Sequence record: MG655267.1
Length of the DNA: 64,000 nucleotides
Strand: one strand, 5' to 3'
Below the pieces are notes generated by a model, which saw nothing but the letters and a program-made list of their open reading frames with translations, was not told the origin of the DNA and did no database searches. Shown piece after piece: positions 56,419 through 64,000 of this stretch. The position numbers were made by a program, and so were the translations under genes. Position 1 is the stretch's first letter, and each line of letters starts with the position of its first letter.

Positions 56419-57489
56419 ATGGCTGGAGTGGATATTGGGCAATCGATTCAAAACTCGATTAAGGCAGCAGGTTCAGTAACAACCAACGCCGTGAACAAAG
56501 TTCAATCAACTTTTGTCGGAGGCGTGAAAGAAGACCTGGCATTAATCGATGCCAAAGCGAAGTCAGCGGTACAAACCCTGAACTCGTTTAAAGATACCCA
56601 GATTGGTGCGATCGATGGCTTTATCAAGAAAGTCTCCGGGGGTGCACTCAGCATCTCTGAACTCTCGAGCATCATCGACGTACGCAATGGCATCAGCATT
56701 GACTACCAGCGCCTCTATCGTCGCTTAGGGGACGCGGCGGGTTTCCCGATGGATTCAATCATTGGGATGACAGCTGATCTTAAAATGGAAGTGGCGAATC
56801 TCCTTGATGCCTATTCCAGCAAGAACTACACCTACCTGCTTAATAAAGCCGGGGTGAAGATCGGGGTCAATGACTCAAGCTATCAAGCGGCACAGTTGAT
56901 TGCTGGCGTGATCAGTAAGATGTCCAAGTCGGACTCTGACTTTAATACCATGGTGGATGAAGCAGCGCAACTGGCACTATTGAATGTCATGGTGCGTAAT
57001 GCGGTGCAGGTCGGACTCTGGTCAGGGATTGATACCTTACTGGGTCAGTACACTGATAAAGCAGCCGGGATCACCAATCTGGCGACCTGTGCCCAGATCT
57101 CGATTCGGGGCGGCGATGTCTTTACCACCAAGTACATCATTGACACCGTCGGGATTGCGCGGGTCACTGCACTGAACACCGATTTCCTGACTGACATGTT
57201 ACGCTACTTTAAGTTCAAGAGTGATGTGACTGCGGATCAGTACGCGAACTACCTGGCAACGTTGACTTACTGCTTACAACAGGCCGAAGCGGATTGGGCA
57301 TATATGCAGTTCGGGACAGTGCGGGCATTGCGGTTAAAGCCGTTCACCAATGCGTCAACGGATGCGATCACTCTGTTCCAGCATACTGACGAATACCGTC
57401 AGCACGTCATGATTGCCCGGACTTATCCACCCCGTGATCTGATGGATTTACTGAAACAGAATTACCCGTACATGGCTGTCGTGCAATAA
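56419..57489 (+). CDS. Probable virion structural protein
   Basis: GAGGT SD, ATG at 56419; tail/baseplate context. Confidence 0.55.
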   Translation: MAGVDIGQSIQNSIKAAGSVTTNAVNKVQSTFVGGVKEDLALIDAKAKSAVQTLNSFKDTQIGAIDGFIKKVSGGALSISELSSIIDVRNGISIDYQRLYRRLGDAAGFPMDSIIGMTADLKMEVANLLDAYSSKNYTYLLNKAGVKIGVNDSSYQAAQLIAGVISKMSKSDSDFNTMVDEAAQLALLNVMVRNAVQVGLWSGIDTLLGQYTDKAAGITNLATCAQISIRGGDVFTTKYIIDTVGIARVTALNTDFLTDMLRYFKFKSDVTADQYANYLATLTYCLQQAEADWAYMQFGTVRALRLKPFTNASTDAITLFQHTDEYRQHVMIARTYPPRDLMDLLKQNYPYMAVVQ

Positions 57490-57497
57490 CCAACATA

Positions 57498-57546
57498 AGG
57501 AGAGGGCCAGCGCCCTCTCCTCTATGCCGTCTTTCTTTTTTATGCC
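57498..57546. terminator. Bidirectional terminator with CTATGCC and TTATGCC downstream
   Basis: AGGAGAGGGC/GCCCTCTCCT stem between convergent genes. Confidence 0.75.
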
Positions 57547-58256
57547 GACCCTATTAGCTCTAACACTGGGCGCCAATGCATATTGCTAGCGGTATAATTT
57601 TTGTTAGTATTACCGCTTTTGGTAACAGCGCTGTACGGTCCAATGTTGTTACTTGTGACGTTGACTTGTGTTTCCTGACACTGTATAAGTGTCGAGGATA
57701 CAGCTAAGTTGATCGAAGCCCACTTTTCCCCTGACTCAGTTTGCGCGGCAGTAGTCTCGCTGGCAATATGGAACATGGTGCGACCCCATTCTGATGTTTT
57801 CTCAATCGCATTAGGGGGGTAGGCCAATGGGTCTGCTAAACCACATTTTGGTAATCGTACCAGAAACTTATAACCAAGAAAGGTGATGGTCTTATTCTGC
57901 GGCACTAATGGCGTTGCTGGGTATGGGTATTTGCCCGGCCCTGCGATGCCATACACCATCCCTTTGGCATACAGCTGCTCCCAACTACACGAATTTATCA
58001 TAGTGGCAGTAGGAATGAACAAGATTTTACCATCAACAACAAACTTCGCCCATGTGACGCCGCTGTTATATACGGTCCCATTGTTAAAACCGGTTAAGGA
58101 GCGTAGCGTTGCAGTATCTATAAACTGGCTAGGTGGGATCGTGCCGTAATATCCGGTTTCATACCCTGGACTGGGATTGTAATAGTTGAGTAGGGTTGCT
58201 GGACCCGGTCCAGTACCCACTAACTTTTTCCCACCAAAAAATAACATTTCTAACAT
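57540..58256 (-). CDS. Tail fibre-associated virion protein (phiKZ gp131-like style)
   Basis: MLEMLF start; GYYG.I...FI, WAKF..DGKILFIP, SWEQLY..G.VYG, WRPVLELI. Confidence 0.6.
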   Translation of the reverse strand: MLEMLFFGGKKLVGTGPGPATLLNYYNPSPGYETGYYGTIPPSQFIDTATLRSLTGFNNGTVYNSGVTWAKFVVDGKILFIPTATMINSCSWEQLYAKGMVYGIAGPGKYPYPATPLVPQNKTITFLGYKFLVRLPKCGLADPLAYPPNAIEKTSEWGRTMFHIASETTAAQTESGEKWASINLAVSSTLIQCQETQVNVTSNNIGPYSAVTKSGNTNKNYTASNMHWRPVLELIGSA

Positions 58257-58381
58257 AGCGTTAACCTTGGTTAAAGACGTTCATAGAATCTACAGGAAGT
58301 CTAGGTCATGCACCGAGAATAAGGTGAGGGAGTGGCGTTTGCCACTCCCTTCCACCTATGCTGTTTTTTTTTGTTGAAGGA

Positions 58382-60370
58382 TCAGTTGCGGTACGTACCC
58401 TCGACAAAGGCGCTGATAGCTTGCCCGACCAGCGAGGACGAGAAGGTTGCAGCCATTTGGGTTGGGGACACCCACTGTTTCACATCAAGCTGGGTCTTGG
58501 CTAACACGCGTGCCAATTTGTCTGAACGGTAGATCTGTTCATTCAATCCCATACCAGACAGCACCGCCAGGTAGTCGGAGTAGTTGTTGTCATCGGTCAT
58601 GAGCTTAGCCGCTGCACGGGCCGGGTTGGTTAAGTCACCCGGGTTCAACGCAGGATCGATCGGTGCATGCAGCATTGGTGACATATCGGCCACCGAGAAC
58701 GTCACGTCAATCCCCAAAGGATGTTTGTCTTTGTTCCAGCCCACGTTACCCACACCACGTTGAATACTCATTGAGTCGATCATCCCTAAACGGGTTTGTG
58801 AGCGACCTTTTGAATACGCTTCGACTAAGAACGGTGAGGTATAGGCCTGAGCGCCCACAGAACGCGGCAGGACCATGTTTAACAAACAAACCAAGGGAAT
58901 GATCAGGTTCTGGATGCGTGCCACTGGGTGACCGTACGGAGAGCGTAGATTGATGGTGTACGTTTCCCGGGGTAGTGACGCAGTCGAGCCTGTCCAGTGT
59001 TGTGGGATCTCAATATAACCTTGGCCCAGCATCAGGTTAACAATCCCACCAAGACTGGTGCCGGATGCATAACCTTGGACTACCTGCATACTGGAGTCAA
59101 TCAAGGCATCGATCGGTGCAAAGCCAGTCTTACCGCCGCCGGCCATGAAGCGAGCATCCTGTGCTGCAGTAGACGCGCCGTTCAGTATTCCGGTTAACTG
59201 GTTCTCACCAAACGAACTCTGGAAGGATTCTCCGATCGCGCCGTTATGGTTCACCTTGAAACCAATAAAGGAACCGCCATCCCGCAACTCCGATTCCATG
59301 TGGTCGAGTACACTGTTAAAGAACCCAGTGGATTTCTCCACATCTGTGACCGACGCAGCATCACCGGTGGCAGTTGGTGCAGTTACTCCGGTATCGCCAT
59401 CAGCATCCGTGGTGTAGTTCCCCGCCCCTTCCATCCCGGTACCAGACGGATCTTTCACCTGACCCAATCCCGAACTGAAGTAGGATTGCAGATACGTGGT
59501 CAGATTAGACTCTGGGCTGTCGCCAGCCGGATCGGTCCATTCGTTACCGTGTTTGTTAATCGCCCGGATCGCACTGTTACGTTCCGTTACCGAAGAGGAC
59601 TCGATACGCTGGGCCAGTGCTTTCTGCCAACGAATGTGTTTACGGTTTGCACGGTTAGCAAGATAGAAAAGGTCAACAGAACCATCAGCACGCCACAAAC
59701 CAGGCAACATGTTCGCAAGCAGTTTACGCTCGTTCGGTGTGTAAGCAGAGAAGTCAAACGTTTGTTCCTTAGCCTGAGCATGACGTGTACGGAATGCCGG
59801 TGGGATAATCCCCATGTTGATCATGATGGCGTTCAACATATTGGTGCAGGATTTCCAATAGAGCGGCATCGCGTTTTTGGAGTAATAGAACTTGGATTTC
59901 GGAATCCCCATCAGCCAGGTAACTGTGGTATAGGTGACCGAGATGGCCTGCAGTGGCCAGTGCACAATCGCTGACGCCGCTTCGGCAAAGTGGAACAACC
60001 AACCCGGGGCACGACCAGTACGCGCCAGGTAGGCGGCATTGGCATCAAACATGTTGGCCAGGAAACTGAAGATCCCGTTGAACTCCGGCACCCCCATACG
60101 GAAATAGACCACATCGGCATTGTCATCAATGTTAGCACTATAGTCCGACCCCATTCCACCAAACTGATCATTCCACCAACGACTGGCACGAATGTCACAG
60201 CTCGGCGACCACTGAGGCGGTGGGTTAATCCAGAAGTTACCACCCGGGGTTGTGTCTGTGAATTTGTTTCGGGCCTTCTGATATTGCCTACGGTCTTTTA
60301 ACCCGTCATCAATATTTACACCAGAAAGCATAAATGCCTGTTGTAAATAATCATGGTCTTTAATGTTCAT
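58382..60370 (-). CDS. Probable baseplate/tail structural protein
   Basis: 662 aa, downstream of the tail lysin gene; FRMGVPEFN, GMIDSMSIQRG, GIDVTFSVADM hub/tube-like beta motifs. Confidence 0.55.
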   Translation of the reverse strand: MNIKDHDYLQQAFMLSGVNIDDGLKDRRQYQKARNKFTDTTPGGNFWINPPPQWSPSCDIRASRWWNDQFGGMGSDYSANIDDNADVVYFRMGVPEFNGIFSFLANMFDANAAYLARTGRAPGWLFHFAEAASAIVHWPLQAISVTYTTVTWLMGIPKSKFYYSKNAMPLYWKSCTNMLNAIMINMGIIPPAFRTRHAQAKEQTFDFSAYTPNERKLLANMLPGLWRADGSVDLFYLANRANRKHIRWQKALAQRIESSSVTERNSAIRAINKHGNEWTDPAGDSPESNLTTYLQSYFSSGLGQVKDPSGTGMEGAGNYTTDADGDTGVTAPTATGDAASVTDVEKSTGFFNSVLDHMESELRDGGSFIGFKVNHNGAIGESFQSSFGENQLTGILNGASTAAQDARFMAGGGKTGFAPIDALIDSSMQVVQGYASGTSLGGIVNLMLGQGYIEIPQHWTGSTASLPRETYTINLRSPYGHPVARIQNLIIPLVCLLNMVLPRSVGAQAYTSPFLVEAYSKGRSQTRLGMIDSMSIQRGVGNVGWNKDKHPLGIDVTFSVADMSPMLHAPIDPALNPGDLTNPARAAAKLMTDDNNYSDYLAVLSGMGLNEQIYRSDKLARVLAKTQLDVKQWVSPTQMAATFSSSLVGQAISAFVEGTYRN

Positions 60371-60432
60371 TCACCAACTCCGAATGATTAAGAATAAGAA
60401 GGCGGGGCATGACCCCCGCCTGATGTTACTGA

Positions 60433-63400
60433 CTAGCCATTACCGTATTTGCGAGCAAAGCTCACCGGTGGTGTACCAGCACCACTGGCAGGTGCTTGTA
60501 GTGCCGCCGGTGCAGGTTTGTTCAACATCTGGGTTTGCACCGCAATGAACTGCTTCATGATCTCAACCAACGAGTTCATGTTATTGTCGATGTTCGCCAG
60601 GTGGTCTTTACTGCCAGAGATCGCCGCAGCAGACTCTTTCGGTAAGACCGGTACGGGTGCCGGTGCAGGGGTAACTGTCGTGACCTGCGGGGCATTAGGA
60701 ACCTGCCCTTGGGTCGGTTGCATGCGAGGAGGTGTGTTAAGGGTTGGGGTGGTTGGTGTTGGCGTAGACGCATCAGCGGCTGCTTGCTTATCGATAGCCG
60801 ATGCCGTGGAGTCTTTGGCATTCGGTGTCGATGAACCTGCAGAAACGGCTGCTGCTACACTTGGTCCGCTTGTTGACTTCAATGCTGGCGCATCGCCCTG
60901 GCCCGGAGGTGGTGCTACGGCATTAACCGCAGATGCACCCGGTGCAGTCAGCTCAGCTGCCGTCTTCGCACCCGACAATGCCGGAGTAGAAGGTCCGCTC
61001 TGTGCTTGACCGGATGCCAAGGTTTGTGCCTGGTTATCTTCAGCTGCATCACCTTGTGGGCCAGCAGACTGATCTTTACCCGAGAGAATGTCATCAAACT
61101 TCCCAGTCCCCATTAGATCCGTATACTGTTTGAACAACTGACCACGTTCAGCTAAACCGTGTGTCCCGCCGTTGACCAATTTGGTAACAGTATTCAGATC
61201 CCCTTTCTTCGCAGCTTCCTCAATCCCATTACGCGACTTCCAATACCACAGTGCTGACTTCGCAGCCATGGTTGGGTCAGTCGAGATTTTATCGGGATCG
61301 GACACCAGGTCAACGCCAAGGCCTTTACTGGCGGCTGTGTAGTTGGCTTTACCGGTCAGCTGCATGAAGCCACGTCCACGGTACTTCCAACCATCACCTG
61401 GTTTGTCGTTCCCCATACGACCGCCGTAGATCGAGTTGGCAATCGCCACTGGACCCGCTGTCGCTAACTGCTGCGCAGCTGCCAGGGTGGGGAAGCGGTT
61501 AGGCCAGAGCCTCATCAGAGTCTCTGCTTTATAACGCAGGTTCTCTTCGAGTTTGCTAAAGCCTCCGGACTCCAGGTGAGTCTGGGCCAAGAGCATGGCG
61601 AGTTCTTGTTTATCCGTAATGCCGGACTTCATGGCTTCACGAATCAAGATACGCGCACCCTCTTCAGCACCTGGACCTAACTTAATCGGCCCAACCTTCC
61701 CGGTGTTGTCAATCCCCCCACCTGCACCTGCCGCACCACCTGCCGCACCGCCACCATAGGCTGTCTCGATACGTCCCGTTTCCGGGTTGTATGTTGTTAC
61801 CTGACGCTGAGAGGTATAGACTTGACCGGTGCTCGTCTTCACCTGGTTGTTCACCATGTTACCGGACGAGTCCTTACGCCAATCTTTCTCAGTAGTGCCA
61901 TCGGCCCGTTGTTGCACACCGCCTTTTACCGCTTCAGCAGAATACTGCGCTTGTTTGACTTGTGCCTTCAGGTTATTCAGGTGGTTTTGAACAACAGAGG
62001 CATCATCATTAAGTTCACCGGTTGACCACGGCGAGGTCTTAATGGTCCAAACAGAGATCGCATTCACGCCATCGCTGTATTTGGCATTGGTCATCGCTGT
62101 CGCTGCAGCGAACTTCAACTCAGGTGGCATCTTCGGTACAGCAAGCGTCGGTCGACTGTCTCCGGTCTGGGTATAGACCGTGCTGGCAAACGCTAAGTAC
62201 GCCGGTAAGAAGCGACGAGTAAACCATGGCTCCCATGATTTGTAAGACCACTGGTTGGATGGACTCAAGCCAAAGCTTGCAGCAACAACCCGGTAGATGT
62301 CTGAGGCTTTACCGTCAAACGTCGCACCATTATCTGCAAACTTGATCTTGTTCGCCATCACCAGTTCCAACTGCAGGAGTGTCGACACACGATCAACATC
62401 CAACGTTGGCAGGCCATACACTTTCATACGCAGCGCAGTGAGATCATCCATCGGCTGACCGGCTTTAGGTAGTAAGCCACCTAAGAGATCCCCGGCACTG
62501 ACCACAGTACGATCACCGGTAAACCACGACGACTCTTTATGTCCAACCGTTTTCAGCTCAGGGATATCACCATTTGGATTAATGGCTTTGACCATGTCAC
62601 TGCTGAGTTCACGGCTGGAGGCAACCTTATCCATCCCGGTTGCAAAGACCGACGCTGATTTCCCCGTGGTCATCTTCTGAGCTTTGTTGCGCAGACGATC
62701 CAGCACATCTTTTACCAGCGCTTCGGTCTGTTTGCGATCAGTTGCATTCAGATCCGGGAAGATACGACCAGTAAACATGTACGGGTGATCAGATGACTCA
62801 TCGAACTGTTGTGCGCGTTTGGCGATCTCGTACTTTGCCGCTTCATCCGTCGACTTATCCAGATCCATGAAGGCCTGGCTTGGGAGGACTTGTTTCGCCA
62901 CGGCTTTGTGGGTCAGGTAAACCGGTTTGAAGCGATGCAGGAACCAACCCGCGAATTGCTCCACTTGCTCACGGTCATTCGGGTCATCAACAAACAATGA
63001 ACCGAGTTGGGCGATTGGGGCTTTCGGGTCGAGTGAGGCATAGCCATCATCGGTGGTTTTGACATACGGCTCTAACGCTGCTTCCAACTTCAGGATGGCC
63101 GAGACATGACTGGAGTCATTATCCGGAACACCATACTGACGCAGACGCATCTGCTGCAGTAAACCCGGGTCATTAAACCAAGTGTATAAAGAACGACCGA
63201 TAGCACCGCCCCCTAATGCACCAATGGCCCCGCCAGCAATAGCACCAATGGCTGTACCGACAACTGGCACGACTGAACCGATAGCCGCACCCATCGCCGC
63301 ACCGCCCAGAATACCACCAATACCGGAGCCAGCTGCTTCTGCCACACCTGCATTGTCACCTGCCTTGTACGAATCCCACGCTTCCAGTGCTGAGACCCCG

Positions 63401-64000
63401 GCTGTGACAATCCCGCCACCTTTAACCAATAGTTTCAGGTTACCGGCAACACCCCGGCCCAGCATACCGCCTGTACGACCGACGATACCCCGACCCAGAC
63501 CACGGACACCACGGGCAGCTTTGCCGGCTAAGCGACTAATCAACCCACCACGTGGGCGAGGACCACCACCGCCGCGATTACGACGCCCACCCCGACGTCT
63601 CCGCCGCCTGCGACCGCCTTCCTCTTCACCGCCCTCATCATCACCGAGCGCATCGCTGAGTTCATCCATGACGCCTTTGCCGCCGGAGATCACACTACCG
63701 ATCCCTTTGACAATATCACCGATCCAACCCAGTCCTAAGAACTTGGCCAGCCCACCGAGGATACCGAACTCCTTGATACCGGAGACCAGACCAGTAACGG
63801 AGGAGAACAACCCCGCCACCAATCCAAACAATGTGGTGGGTTTCTCCTTGTCTTTGGCGTGGTCGTCAGAGTCATGTGCGTGTTGGGCTTCTTCACGTTC
63901 TTTCTTCTGTTGAGCACGGCGACGAATCAGATCAGCAACCGAGTTATTACGCACCCCATCGTGATCCGGGTCACTGGCATCTTCCCGTTTCTTATCACGT
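60433..64000 (-). CDS. Large tail-associated protein with GH19 (chitinase/lysozyme-like) peptidoglycan hydrolase domain; 5' end beyond window
   Basis: Frame stays open to position 64000; GH19 at ~61130-61650 (AQTHLESGGF..LEENL, DGWKYRGRGFMQLTGKANY, TKLVNGGTHGL..R); Gly/Ala-rich helices and Pro-rich tail. Confidence 0.8.
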   Translation of the reverse strand, partial: RDKKREDASDPDHDGVRNNSVADLIRRRAQQKKEREEAQHAHDSDDHAKDKEKPTTLFGLVAGLFSSVTGLVSGIKEFGILGGLAKFLGLGWIGDIVKGIGSVISGGKGVMDELSDALGDDEGGEEEGGRRRRRRRGGRRNRGGGGPRPRGGLISRLAGKAARGVRGLGRGIVGRTGGMLGRGVAGNLKLLVKGGGIVTAGVSALEAWDSYKAGDNAGVAEAAGSGIGGILGGAAMGAAIGSVVPVVGTAIGAIAGGAIGALGGGAIGRSLYTWFNDPGLLQQMRLRQYGVPDNDSSHVSAILKLEAALEPYVKTTDDGYASLDPKAPIAQLGSLFVDDPNDREQVEQFAGWFLHRFKPVYLTHKAVAKQVLPSQAFMDLDKSTDEAAKYEIAKRAQQFDESSDHPYMFTGRIFPDLNATDRKQTEALVKDVLDRLRNKAQKMTTGKSASVFATGMDKVASSRELSSDMVKAINPNGDIPELKTVGHKESSWFTGDRTVVSAGDLLGGLLPKAGQPMDDLTALRMKVYGLPTLDVDRVSTLLQLELVMANKIKFADNGATFDGKASDIYRVVAASFGLSPSNQWSYKSWEPWFTRRFLPAYLAFASTVYTQTGDSRPTLAVPKMPPELKFAAATAMTNAKYSDGVNAISVWTIKTSPWSTGELNDDASVVQNHLNNLKAQVKQAQYSAEAVKGGVQQRADGTTEKDWRKDSSGNMVNNQVKTSTGQVYTSQRQVTTYNPETGRIETAYGGGAAGGAAGAGGGIDNTGKVGPIKLGPGAEEGARILIREAMKSGITDKQELAMLLAQTHLESGGFSKLEENLRYKAETLMRLWPNRFPTLAAAQQLATAGPVAIANSIYGGRMGNDKPGDGWKYRGRGFMQLTGKANYTAASKGLGVDLVSDPDKISTDPTMAAKSALWYWKSRNGIEEAAKKGDLNTVTKLVNGGTHGLAERGQLFKQYTDLMGTGKFDDILSGKDQSAGPQGDAAEDNQAQTLASGQAQSGPSTPALSGAKTAAELTAPGASAVNAVAPPPGQGDAPALKSTSGPSVAAAVSAGSSTPNAKDSTASAIDKQAAADASTPTPTTPTLNTPPRMQPTQGQVPNAPQVTTVTPAPAPVPVLPKESAAAISGSKDHLANIDNNMNSLVEIMKQFIAVQTQMLNKPAPAALQAPASGAGTPPVSFARKYGNG

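Noticed and set aside
59246-59974. Long antisense ORFs (also 63182..63913, 60449..61009, 39170..39802, 49620..50168)
   Set aside because: They lie opposite well-supported genes, lack SDs and have compositions explained by the codon bias of the sense strand; treated as shadow ORFs.
1-64000. CRISPR array, rRNA, tRNA, integrase/transposase or stop-codon reassignment
   Set aside because: No regularly spaced direct repeats or RNA-gene signatures were seen by eye, and known genes are intact and densely packed under the standard code.

Overview
A 64-kb segment of a phiKZ-related (Chimalliviridae-like) lytic jumbo phage, probably infecting an enterobacterial host (host is inference). Lineage evidence: a stand-alone C-terminal fragment of a split RNA polymerase beta subunit, a phiKZ-type UvsX/RecA, an extended RNase HI, virion proteins with G/A-x-E prohead-protease motifs, and nine copies of a phiKZ-like early promoter (ACCTAYATTAC-N4-GTGAT). 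The left ~44 kb is mostly plus-strand accessory genes: tailspike/depolymerase, KptA/Tpt1, NrdB plus an HNH endonuclease, YgiB, HigA-like, MazG-like, thymidine kinase, HslU, a DHFR fusion, a Lar-like protein and glycine-rich adhesin-like proteins. The right ~20 kb is core/virion genes, ending in a large GH19-containing tail protein that runs off the window. Most striking observations: (1) an unannotated 47-aa gene that looks like a free-standing copy of the redox-active C-terminal tail of ribonucleotide reductase NrdA; (2) an HNH cassette that appears to have supplied nrdB with a recoded replacement 3' end, stranding the ancestral end downstream; (3) a SLOG / macrodomain / NADAR-SLOG cassette next to the RNAP subunit gene; (4) four tandem membrane-helix paralogues sharing an F-x4-[ED]-x2-EP motif behind an early promoter. 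No tRNA, rRNA or CRISPR array was found. All family assignments come from motif recognition by eye, not database searches.
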